This document shows, in pieces, positions 13,893 to 27,800 of a stretch of 64,000 nt of DNA (position 1 is the stretch's first letter; each line of letters begins with the position of its first letter). The DNA is from Auanema rhodensis (taxonomy: Eukaryota > Animalia > Nematoda): positions 1,116,001-1,180,000 of the forward strand of contig OZ059900.1 in assembly GCA_964057225.1 (NCBI GenBank), written 5' to 3'. Position numbers and translations under genes: made by a program. The notes beneath the pieces were generated by a model, which saw only the letters and a list, made by a program, of their open reading frames with translations, was not told the origin of the DNA and did not search any database.

Positions 13893-16800
13893 CATATTCG
13901 GTGAGATTCGAGAATCAAACACACAATACACGAAATAAGTTTATTTTTACGAGTTTGCACTGATATTTATTCATTTTGATCAAAAAAGGTCGAAAATAGA
14001 AAGAATTTTTGAAATTTCCGAGTTTTGAGTCTAATTTGGCTAAATCGCTCATATATATGATCAAAAGCATAGTTTTATTGTCTATGACAACAAAAGTCAT
14101 CAATTAAACGCTAGTGATGTTTAAATACTGAATTTCGCTCAAATAGCATTACTACACTAAGTATGGTCGTTTTTATGCCTTTAACACCATATACTCACCG
14201 ATTTTTGGTACAAAATCTGTAATACTCGTAAATTTTGATCATATTCGTTAAGATTTGAGAATCAAACATGCAATACACAAAATCAGTCTATTTTTATGAG
14301 CTTGCACTGATATATATTCATTTTGATCAAAAAAGGTCGAAAATAGAAAGAATTTTTGAAATTTACGAGTTTTGAGTCCAATTGGGCTAAATCGCTCATA
14401 TATATGATCAAAAGCATAGTTTTACTGTCTATGATAACAAAAGTCTTCAAATATACACTAATAATGTGTAAATCACTGAATTTCACTCAAATAGCTTTAC
14501 TACACTAAGTATGGTCGTTTTTATGCCTTTAACACCATATACTCACCGATTTTTGGTACAAAATCTGTAATACTCGTAAATTTTGATCATATTCGTTAAG
14601 ATTTGAGAATCAAACATACAATACACAAAATCAGTCTATTTTTATGAGCTTGCACTGATATATATTCATTTTGATCAAAAAAGGTCGAAAATAGAAAGAA
14701 TTTTTGAAATTTCCGAGTTTTGAGTCTAATTTGGCTAAATCGCTCATATATATGATCAGAAGCATAGTTTTATTGTCTATGACAACAAAAGTCATTAATT
14801 AAACACTAATGATGTTCAAATCACTAAATTTCGCTCAAATAGCATTACTACACTAAGTATGGTCGTTTTTATGCCTTTAACACCATATACTCACCGATTT
14901 TTGGTACAAAATCTGTAATACTTGTAAATTTTGATCATATTCGTTAAGATTCGAGAATCAAACACATAATACACGAAATAAGTCTATTTTTATGAGTTTG
15001 CACTGATATTTATTCATTTTGATCAAAAAAGGTCGAAAATAGAAAGAATTTTTGAAATTTCCGAGTTTTGAGTCTAATTTGGCTAAATCGCTCATATATA
15101 TGATCAAAAGCATAGTTTTACTGTCTATGATAACAAAAGTCTTCAAATATACACTAATAATGTGTAAATCACTGAATTTCACTCAAATAGCTTTACTACA
15201 CTAAGTATGGTCGTTTTTATGCCTTTAACACCATATACTCACCGATTTTTGGTACAAAATCTGTAATACTTGTAAATTTTGATCATATTCGTTAAGATTC
15301 GAGAATCAAACACATAATACACGAAATAAGTCTATTTTTATGAGTTTGCACTGATATTTATTCATTTTGATCAAAAAAGGTCGAAAATAGAAAGAATTTT
15401 TGAATTTTCCGAGTTTTGAGTCCAATTGGGCTAAATCGCTCATATATATGATCAAAAGCATAGTTTTACTGTCTATGATAACAAAAGTCTTCAAATATAC
15501 ACTAATAATGTGTAAATCACTGAATTTCACTCAAATAGCTTTACTACACTAAGTATGGTCGTGTTTATGCCTTTAACACCATATACTCACCGATTTTTGG
15601 TACAAAATCTGTAATACTCGTAAATTTTGATCATATTCGTTAAGATTTGAGAATCAAACATACAATACACAAAATCAGTCTATTTTTATGAGCTTGCACT
15701 GATATATATTCATTTTGATCAAAAAAGGTCGAAAATAGAAAGAAGTTTTGAAATTTCCGAGTTTTGAGTCTAATTTGGCTAAATCGCTCATATATATGAT
15801 CAGAAGCATAGTTTTATTGTCTCTGACAACAAAAATCATCAATTAAACGCTAGTGATGTTTAAATACTGATTTTCGCTCAAATAGCATTACTACACTAAG
15901 TATGGTCGTTTTTATGCCTTTAACACCATATACTCACCGATTTTTGGTACAAAATCTGTAATACTTGTAAATTTTGATCATATTCGTTAAGATTCGAGAA
16001 TCAAACACATAATACACGAAATAAGTCTATTTTTACAAGTTTGCACTGATATTTATTCATTTTGATCAAAAAAGATCGAAAATAGAAAGAATTTTTGAAA
16101 TTTCCGAGTTTTGAGTCCAATTTGGCTAAATCGCTCATATATATGATCAAAGGCATAGTTTTATTGTCTATAACAACAAAAGTCATCAATTAAACGCTAG
16201 TGATGTTTAAATACTGAATTTCACTCAAATAGCATTACTACACTAAGTATGGTCGTTTTTATGCCTTTAACACCATATACTCACCGATTTTTGGTACAAA
16301 ATCTGTGATACTCGTAAATTTTGATCATATTCGGTGAGATTCGAGAATCAAACACACAATACACGAAATAAGTTTATTTTTACGAGTTTGCACTGATATT
16401 TATTCATTTTGATCAAAAAAGGTCGAAAATTGAAAGAATTTTTGAAATTTCCGAGTTTTGAGTCTAATTTGGCTAAATCGCTCATATATATGATCAGAAG
16501 CATAGTTTTATTGTCTATGACAAAAAAAATCATCAATTAAACGCTAGTGATGTTTAAATTCTGATTTTCGCTCAAATAGCATTACTACACTAAGTATGGT
16601 CGTTTTTATGCCTTTAACACCATATACTCACCGATTTTTGGTACAAAATCTGTAATACTTGTAAATTTTGATCATTTTCGTTAAGATTCGAGAATCAAAC
16701 ACATAATACACGAAATAAGTCTATTTTTACAAGTTTGCACTGATATTTATTCATTTTGATCAAAAAAGATCGAAAATAGAAAGAATTTTTGAAATTTCCG

Positions 16801-19800
16801 AGTTTTGAGTCCAATTTGGCTAAATCGCTCATATATATGATCAGAAGCATAGTTTTATTGTCTATGACAACAAAAATCATCAATTAAACGCTAGTGATGT
16901 TTAAATACTGATTTTCGCTCAAATAGCATTACTACACTAAGTATGGTCGTTTTTATGCCTTTAACACCATATACTCACCGATTTTTGGTACAAAATCTGT
17001 AATACTTGTAAATTTTGATCATTTTCGTTAAGATTCGAGAATCGAACACATAATACACGAAATAAGTCTATTTTTACAAGTTTGCACTGATATTTATTCA
17101 TTTTGATCAAAAAAGATCGAAAATAGAAAGAATTTTTGAAATTTCCGAGTTTTGAGTCCAATTTGGCTAAATCGCTCATATATATGATCAAAAGCATAGT
17201 TTTATTGTCTATAACAACAAAAGTCATCAATTAAACGCTAGTGATGTTTAAATACTGAATTTCACTCAAATAGCATTACTACACTAAGTATGGTCGTTTT
17301 TATGCCTTTAACACCATATACTCACCGATTTTTGGTACAAAATCTGTGATACTCGTAAATTTTGATCATATTCGGTGAGATTCGAGAATCAAACACACAA
17401 TACACGAAATAAGTTTATTTTTACGAGTTTGCACTGATATTTATTCATTTTGATCAAAAAAGGTCGAAAATAGAAAGAATTTTTGAAATTTCCGAGTTTT
17501 GAGTCTAATTTGGCTAAATCGCTCATATATATGATCAAAAGCATAGTTTTATTGTCTATGACAACAAAAGTCATCAATTAAACGCTAGTGATGTTTAAAT
17601 ACTGAATTTCGCTCAAATAGCATTACTACACTAAGTATGGTCGTTTTTATGCCTTTAACACCATATACTCACCGATTTTTGGTACAAAATCTGTAATACT
17701 CGTAAATTTTGATCATATTCGTTAAGATTTGAGAATCAAACATGCAATACACAAAATCAGTCTATTTTTATGAGCTTGCACTGATATATATTCATTTTGA
17801 TCAAAAAAGGTCGAAAATAGAAAGAATTTTTGAAATTTACGAGTTTTGAGTCCAATTGGGCTAAATCGCTCATATATATGATCAAAAGCATAGTTTTACT
17901 GTCTATGATAACAAAAGTCTTCAAATATACTCTAATAATGTGTAAATCACTGAATTTCACTCAAATAGCTTTACTACACTAAGTATGGTCGTTTTTATGC
18001 CTTTAACACCATATACTCACCGATTTTTGGTACAAAATCTGTAATACTCGTAAATTTTGATCATATTCGTTAAGATTTGAGAATCAAACATACAATACAC
18101 AAAATCAGTCTATTTTTATGAGCTTGCACTGATATATATTCATTTTGATCAAAAAAGGTCGAAAATAGAAAGAATTTTTGAAATTTCCGAGTTTTGAGTC
18201 TAATTTGGCTAAATCGCTCATATATATGATCAGAAGCATAGTTTTATTGTCTATGACAACAAAAGTCATTAATTAAACACTAATGATGTTCAAATCACTA
18301 AATTTCGCTCAAATAGCATTACTACACTAAGTATGGTCGTTTTTATGCCTTTAACACCATATACTCACCGATTTTTGGTACAAAATCTGTAATACTTGTA
18401 AATTTTGATCATATTCGTTAAGATTCGAGAATCAAACACATAATACACGAAATAAGTCTATTTTTATGAGTTTGCACTGATATTTATTCATTTTGATCAA
18501 AAAAGGTCGAAAATAGAAAGAATTTTTGAAATTTCCGAGTTTTGAGTCTAATTTGGCTAAATCGCTCATATATATGATCAAAAGCATAGTTTTACTGTCT
18601 ATGATAACAAAAGTCTTCAAATATACACTAATAATGTGTAAATCACTGAATTTCACTCAAATAGCTTTACTACACTAAGTATGGTCGTTTTTATGCCTTT
18701 AACACCATATACTCACCGATTTTTGGTACAAAATCTGTAATACTTGTAAATTTTGATCATATTCGTTAAGATTCGAGAATCAAACACATAATACACGAAA
18801 TAAGTCTATTTTTATGAGTTTGCACTGATATTTATTCATTTTGATCAAAAAAGGTCGAAAATAGAAAGAATTTTTGAATTTTCCGAGTTTTGAGTCCAAT
18901 TGGGCTAAATCGCTCATATATATGATCAAAAGCATAGTTTTACTGTCTATGATAACAAAAGTCTTCAAATATACACTAATAATGTGTAAATCACTGAATT
19001 TCACTCAAATAGCTTTACTACACTAAGTATGGTCGTGTTTATGCCTTTAACACCATATACTCACCGATTTTTGGTACAAAATCTGTAATACTCGTAAATT
19101 TTGATCATATTCGTTAAGATTTGAGAATCAAACATACAATACACAAAATCAGTCTATTTTTATGAGCTTGCACTGATATATATTCATTTTGATCAAAAAA
19201 GGTCGAAAATAGAAAGAAGTTTTGAAATTTCCGAGTTTTGAGTCTAATTTGGCTAAATCGCTCATATATATGATCAGAAGCATAGTTTTATTGTCTCTGA
19301 CAACAAAAATCATCAATTAAACGCTAGTGATGTTTAAATACTGATTTTCGCTCAAATAGCATTACTACACTAAGTATGGTCGTTTTTATGCCTTTAACAC
19401 CATATACTCACCGATTTTTGGTACAAAATCTGTAATACTTGTAAATTTTGATCATATTCGTTAAGATTCGAGAATCAAACACATAATACACGAAATAAGT
19501 CTATTTTTACAAGTTTGCACTGATATTTATTCATTTTGATCAAAAAAGATCGAAAATAGAAAGAATTTTTGAAATTTCCGAGTTTTGAGTCCAATTTGGC
19601 TAAATCGCTCATATATATGATCAAAGGCATAGTTTTATTGTCTATAACAACAAAAGTCATCAATTAAACGCTAGTGATGTTTAAATACTGAATTTCACTC
19701 AAATAGCATTACTACACTAAGTATGGTCGTTTTTATGCCTTTAACACCATATACTCACCGATTTTTGGTACAAAATCTGTGATACTCGTAAATTTTGATC

Positions 19801-20146
19801 ATATTCGGTGAGATTCGAGAATCAAACACACAATACACGAAATAAGTTTATTTTTACGAGTTTGCACTGATATTTATTCATTTTGATCAAAAAAGGTCGA
19901 AAATTGAAAGAATTTTTGAAATTTCCGAGTTTTGAGTCTAATTTGGCTAAATCGCTCATATATATGATCAGAAGCATAGTTTTATTGTCTATGACAAAAA
20001 AAATCATCAATTAAACGCTAGTGATGTTTAAATTCTGATTTTCGCTCAAATAGCATTACTACACTAAGTATGGTCGTTTTTATGCCTTTAACACCATATA
20101 CTCACCGATTTTTGGTACAAAATCTGTAATACTTGTAAATTTTGAT
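13893..20146. repeat. Duplication with 10-monomer period (3474 bp); about 8 monomers match
   Basis: Offset +3474 for 13915/17389, 14283/17757, 14958/18432, 15306/18780, 16001/19475, 16348/19822. Shared private SNPs: CATGCAAT (~14267, ~17741), GTCTCTGAC, GAAAATTGAAAG. Confidence 0.9.
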
Positions 20147-21884
20147 CATATTCGTTAAGATTCGAGAATCAAACACATAATACACGAAATAAGTCTATTT
20201 TTACAAGTTTGCACTGATATTTATTCATTTTGATCAAAAAAGATCGAAAATAGAAAGAATTTTTGAAATTTCCGAGTTTTGAGTCCAATTTGGCTAAATC
20301 GCTCATATATATGATCAAAAGCATAGTTTTATTGTCTATAACAACAAAAGTCATCAATTAAACGCTAGTGATGTTTAAATACTGAATTTCACTCAAATAG
20401 CATTACTACACTAAGTATGGTCGTTTTTATGCCTTTAACACCATATACTCACCGATTTTTGGTACAAAATCTGTGATACTCGTAAATTTTGATCATATTC
20501 GGTGAGATTCGAGAATCAAACACACAATACACGAAATAAGTTTATTTTTACGAGTTTGCACTGATATTTATTCATTTTGATCAAAAAAGGTCGAAAATAG
20601 AAAGAATTTTTGAAATTTCCGAGTTTTGAGTCTAATTTGGCTAAATTGCTCATATATATGATCAAAAGCATAGTTTTATTGTCTATGACAACAAAAGTCA
20701 TCAATTAAACGCTAGTGATGTTTAAATACTGAATTTCGCTCAAATAGCATTACTACACTAAGTATGGTCGTTTTTATGCCTTTAACACCATATACTCACC
20801 GATTTTTGGTACAAAATCTGTAATACTCGTAAATTTTGATCATATTCGTTAAGATTTGAGAATCAAACATACAATACACAAAATCAGTCTATTTTTATGA
20901 GCTTGCACTGATATATATTCATTTTGATCAAAAAAGGTCGAAAATAGAAAGAATTTTTGAAATTTACGAGTTTTGAGTCCAATTGGGCTAAATCGCTCAT
21001 ATATATGATCAAAAGCATAGTTTTACTGTCTATGATAACAAAAGTCTTCAAATATACACTAATAATGTGTAAATCACTGAATTTCACTCAAATAGCTTTA
21101 CTACACTAAGTATGTTCGTTTTTATGCCTTTAACACCATATACTCACCGATTTTTGGTACAAAATCTGTAATACTCGTAAATTTTGATCATATTCGTTAA
21201 GATTTGAGAATCAAACATACAATACACAAAATCAGTCTATTTTTATGAGCTTGCACTGATATATATTCATTTTGATCAAAAAAGGTCGAAAATAGAAAGA
21301 ATTTTTGAAATTTCCGAGTTTTGAGTCTAATTTGGCTAAATCGCTCATATATATGATCAAAAGCATAGTTTTACTGTCTATGATAACAAAAGTCTTCAAA
21401 TATACACTAATAATGTGTAAATCACTGAATTTCACTCAAATAGCTTTACTACACTAAGTATGGTCGTTTTTATGCCTTTAAAACCATATACTCACCGATT
21501 TTTGGTACAAAATCTGTAATACTTGTAAATTTTGATCATATTCGTTAAGATTTGAGAATCAAACATACAATACACAAAATCAGTCTATTTTTATGAGCTT
21601 GCACTGATATATATTCATTTTGATCAAAAAAGGTCGAAAATAGAAAGAATTTTTGAAATTTCCGAGTTTTGAGTCTAATTGGGCTAAATCGCTCATATAT
21701 ATGATCAAAAGCATAGTTTTATTGTCTATGACAACAAAAGTCATTAATTAAACACTAATGATGTTTAAATCACTAAATTTCGCTCAAATAGCATTACTAC
21801 ACTAAGTATGGTCGTTTTTATGCCTTTAACACCATATACTCACCGATTTTTGGTACAAAATCTGTGATACTCGTAAATTTTGAT

Positions 21885-24800
21885 CATATTCGGTGAGATT
21901 CGAGAATCAAACACACAATACACGAAATAAGTTTATTTTTACGAGTTTGCACTGATATTTATTCATTTTGATCAAAAAAGGTCGAAAATAGAAAGAATTT
22001 TTGAAATTTCCGAGTTTTGAGTCTAATTTGGCTAATTCGCTCATATATATGATCAAAAGCATAGTTTTATTGTCTATGACAACAAAAGTTATCAATTAAA
22101 CGCTAGTGATGTTTAAATACTGAATTTCGCTCAAATAGCATTACTACACTAAGTATGGTCGTTTTTATGCCTTTAACACCATATACTCACCGATTTTTGG
22201 TACAAAATCTGTAATACTCGTAAATTTTGATCATATTCGTTAAGATTTGAGAATCAAACATACAATACACAAAATCAGTCTATTTTTATGAGCTTGCACT
22301 GATATATATTCATTTTGATCAAAAAAGGTCGAAAATAGAAAGAATTTTTGAAATTTACGAGTTTTGAGTCTAATTTGGCTAAATCGCTCATATATATGAT
22401 CAGAAGCATAGTTTTATTGTCTATGACAACAAAAGTCATTAATTAAACACTAATGATGTTTAAATCACTAAATTTCGCTCAAATAGCATTACTACACTAA
22501 GTATGGTCGTTTTTATGCCTTTAACACCATATACTCACCGATTTTTGGTACAAAATCTGTAATACTTGTAAATTTTGATCATATTCGTTAAGATTCGAGA
22601 ATCAAACACATAATACACGAAATAAGTCTATTTTTATGAGTTTGCACTGATATTTATTCATTTTGATCAAAAAAGGTCGAAAATAGAAAGAATTTTTGAA
22701 ATTTCCGAGTTTTGAGTCTAATTTGGCTAAATCGCTCATATATATGATCAAAAGCATAGTTTTACTGTCTATGATAACAAAAGTCTTCAAATATACACTA
22801 ATAATGTGTAAATCACTGAATTTCACTCAAATAGCTTTACTACACTAAGTATGGTCGTTTTTATGCCTTTAAAACCATATACTCACCGATTTTTGGTACA
22901 AAATCTGTAATACTTGTAAATTTTGATCATATTCGTTAAGATTCGAAAATCAAACACATAATACACGAAATAAGTCTATTTTTACAAGTTTGCACTGATA
23001 TTTATTCATTTTGATCAAAAAAGATCGAAAATAGAAAGAATTTTTGAAATTTCCGAGTTTTGAGTCCAATTTGGCTAAATCGCTCATATATATGATCAAA
23101 AGCATAGTTTTATTGTCTATAACAACAAAAGTCATCAATTAAACGCTAGTGATGTTTAAATACTGAATTTCACTCAAATAGCATTACTACACTAAGTATG
23201 GTCGTTTTTATGCCTTTAACACCATATACTCACCGATTTTTGGTACAAAATCTGTGATACTCGTAAATTTTGATCATATTCGGTGAGATTCGAGAATCAA
23301 ACACCCAATACACGAAATAAGTTTATTTTTACGAGTTTGCACTGATATTTATTCATTTTGATCAAAAAAGGTCGAAAATAGAAAGAATTTTTGAAATTTC
23401 CGAGTTTTGAGTCTAATTTGGCTAAATCGCTCATATATATGATCAGAAGCATAGTTTTATTGTCTATGACAACAAAAGTCATTAATTAAACACTAATGAT
23501 GTTTAAATCACTAAATTTCGCTCAAATAGCATTACTACACTAAGTATGGTCGTTTTTATGCCTTTAACACCATATACTCACCGATTTTTGGTACAAAATC
23601 TGTAATACTTGTAAATTTTGATCATATTCGTTAAGATTCGAGAATCAAACACATAATACACGAAATAAGTCTATTTTTATGAGTTTGCACTGATATTTAT
23701 TCATTTTGATCAAAAAAGGTCGAAAATAGAAAGAATTTTTGAATTTTCCGAGTTTTGAGTCCAATTGGGCTAAATCGCTCATATATATGATCAAAAGCAT
23801 AGTTTTACTGTCTATGATAACAAAAGTCTTCAAATATACACTAATAATGTGTAAATCACTGAATTTCACTCAAATAGCATTACTACACTAAGTATGGTCG
23901 TGTTTATGCCTTTAACACCATATACTCACCGATTTTTGGTACAAAATCTGTAATACTTGTAAATTTTGATCATATTCGTTAAGATTCAAGAATCAAACAC
24001 ATAATACACGAAATAAGTCTATTTTTACAAGTTTGCACTGATATTTATTCATTTTGATCAAAAAAGATCGAAAATAGAAAGAATTTTTGAAATTTCCGAG
24101 TTTTGAGTCCAATTTGGCTAAATCGCTCATATATATGATCAAAAGCATAGTTTTATTGTCTATAACAACAAAAGTCATCAATTAAACGCTAGTGATGTTT
24201 TAATACTGAATTTCGCTCAAATAGCATTACTACACTAAGTATGGTCGTTTTTATGCCTTTAACACCATATACTCACCGATTTTTGGTACAAAATCTGTGA
24301 TACTCGTAAATTTTGATCATATTCGGTGAGATTCGAGAATCAAACACACAATACACGAAATGAGTTTATTTTGACGAGTTTGCACTGATATTTATTCATT
24401 TTGATCAAAAAAGGTCGAAAATAGAAAGAATTTTTGAAATTTCCGAGTTTTGAGTCTAATTTGGCTAAATCGCTCATATATATGATCAGAAGCATAGTTT
24501 TATTGTCTATGACAACAAAAATCATCAATTAAACGCTAGTGATGTTTAAATACTGATTTTCGCTCAAATAGCATTACTACACTAAGTATGGTCGTTTTTA
24601 TGCCTTTAACACCATATACTCACCGATTTTTGGTACAAAATCTGTAATACTTGTAAATTTTGATTATATTCGTTAAGATTTGAGAATCAAACACATAATA
24701 CACGAAATAAGTCTTTTTTTTACAAGTTTGCACTGATATTTATTCATTTTGATCAAAAAAGATCGAAAATAGAAAGAATTTTTGAAATTTCCGAGTTTTG

Positions 24801-27800
24801 AGTCCAATTTGGCTAAATCGCTCATATATATGATCGAAAGCATAGTTTTATTGTCTATGACAACAAAAGTCATTAATTAAACACTAATGATGTTTAAATA
24901 CTGATTTTCGCTCAAATAGCATTACTACACTAAGTATGGTCGTTTTTATACCTTCAACACCATATACTCACCGATTTTTGGTACAAAATCTGTGATACTC
25001 GTAAATTTCGATCATATTCGTTAAGATTTGAGAATCAAACACACAATACACGAAATGAGTTTATTTTCACGAGTTTGCACTGATATTTATTCATTTTGAT
25101 CAAAAAAGGTCGAAAATAGAAAGAATTTTTGAATTTTCCGAGTTTTGAGTCCAATTGGGCTAAATCGCTCATATATATGATCAAAAGCATAGTTTTACTG
25201 TCTATGATAACAAAAGTCTTCAAATATACACTAGTAATGATTAAATCACTGAATTTCACTCAAATAGCATTACTACACTAAGTATGGTCGTTTTTATGCC
25301 TTTAACACCATATACTCACCGATTTTTGGTACAAAATCTGTGATACTCGTAAATTTTGATCATATTCGGTGAAATCCGAGAATCAAACACACAATACACG
25401 AAATAAGTTTATTTTTATGAGTTTGCACTGATATATATTCATTTTGATCAAAAAAGGTCGAAAATAGAAAGAATTTTTGAAATTTCCGAGTTTTGAGTCT
25501 AATTTGGCTAAATCGCTCATATATATGATCAGAAGCATAGTTTTATTGTCCATGACAACAAAAATCATCAATTAAACGCTAGTGATGTTTAAATACTGAT
25601 TTTCGCTCAAATAGCATTACTACACTAAGTATGGTCGTTTTTATGCCTTTAACACCATATACTCACCGATTTTTGGTACAAAATCTGTAATACTTGTAAA
25701 TTTTGATCATATTCGTTAAGATTCAAGAATCAAACACATAATACACGAAATAAGTCTATTTTTACAAGTTTGCACTGATATTTATTCATTTTGATCAAAA
25801 AAGATCGAAAATAGAAAGAATTTTTGAAATTTCCGAGTTTTGAGTCTAATTTGGCTAAATCGCTCATATATATGATCAAAAGCATAGTTTTATTGTCTAT
25901 GACAACCAAAATCATCAATTAAACGCTAGTGATGTTTAAATACTGATTTTCGCTCAAATAGCATTACTACACTAAGTATGGTCGTTTTTATGCCTTTAAC
26001 ACCATATACTCACCGATTTTTGGTACAAAATCTGTGATACTCGTAAATTTTGATCATATTCGGTGAGATTCGAGAATCAAACACATAATACACGAAATAA
26101 GTCTATTTTTACAAGTTTGCACTGATATTTATTCATTTTGATCAAAAAAGATCGAAAATAGAAAGATTTTTTGAAATTTCCGAGTTTTGAGTCTAATTTG
26201 GCTAAATCGCTCATATATATGATCAAAAACATAGTTTTTTTGTCTATAACAACAAAAGTCATCAATTAAACGCTAGTGATGTTTAAATACTGAATTTCGC
26301 TCAAATAGCATTACTACACTATGTATGGTCGTTTTTATGCCTTTAACACCATATACTCACCGATTTTTGGTACAAAATCTGTAATACTTGTAAATTTTGA
26401 TCATATTCGTTAAGATTCAAGAATCAAACACATAATACACGAAATAAGTCTATTTTTACAAGTTTGCACTGATATTTATTCATTTTGATCAAAAAAGATC
26501 GAAAATAGAAAGAATTTTTGAAATTTCCGAGTTTTGAGTCTAATTTGGCTAAATCGCTCATATATATGATCAAAAGCATAGTTTTATTGTCTATGACAAC
26601 AAAAATCATCAATTAAACGCTAGTGATGTTTAAATACTGATTTTCGCTCAAATAGCATTACTACACTAAGTATGGTCGTTTTTATGCCTTTAACACCATA
26701 TACTCACCGATTTTTGGAACAAAATCTGTGATACTCGTAAATTTTGATCATATTCGGTGAGATTCGAGAATCAAACACATAATACACGAAATAAGTCTAT
26801 TTTTACAAGTTTGCACTGATATTTATTCATTTTGATCAAAAAAGATCGAAAATAGAAAGATTTTTTGAAATTTCCGAGTTTTGAGTCTAATTTGGCTAAA
26901 TCGCTCATATATATGATCAGAAGCAGAGATGTATTGTCTATGACAACAAAAGTCATTGATTGAACACTAATGATGTTTAAATCACTGAATTTCGCTCAAA
27001 TAGCATTACTACACTAAGGATGGTCGTTTTTATGCCTTTAACACCATATACTCACCGATTTTTGGTACAAAATCTGTAATACTTGTAAATTTCGATCATA
27101 TTCGTTAAGATTTGAGAATCAAACACACAATACACGAAATAAGTTTATTTTGACGAGTTTGCACTGATATTTATTCATTTTGATCAAAAAAGGTCGAAAA
27201 TAGAAAGAATTTTTGAAATTTCCGAGTTTTGAGTCTAATTTGGCTAAATCGCTCATATATATGATCAGAAGCATAGTTTTATTGTCTATGACAACAAAAG
27301 TCATTGATTGAACACTAATGATGTTTAAATCACTGAATTTCGCTCAAATAGCATTACTACACTAAGGATGGTCGTTTTTATGCCTTTAACACCATATACT
27401 CACCGATTTTTGGTACAAAATCTGTAATACTTGTAAATTTCGATCATATTCGTTAAGATTTGAGAATCAAACACACAATACACGAAATGAGTTTATTTTC
27501 ACGAGTTTGCACTGATATTTATTCATTTTGATCAAAAAAGGTCGAAAATAGAAAGAATTTTTGAATTTTCCGAGTTTTGAGTCCAATTGGGCTAAATCGC
27601 TCATATATATGATCAAAAGCATAGTTTTACTGTCTATGATAACAAAAGTCTTCAAATATACACTAGTAATGATTAAATCACTGAATTTCACTCAAATAGC
27701 ATTACTACACTAAGTATGGTCGTTTTTATGCCTTTAACACCATATACTCACCGATTTTTGGTACAAAATCTGTGATACTCGTAAATTTTGATCATATTCG

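Larger units (their letters stand above)
1..21721. repeat. Copy 1 of a long-range duplicated block of ordered monomer variants
   Basis: Private variants recur in the same order downstream: ACACTGCGAT 301/1689 to 44418/45806, GAGAATGAAAC ~2450 to ~46914, TTTTAATCAT 6941/7288 to 51405, CTAAATTGCT ~20645 to ~60591. Confidence 0.9.
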
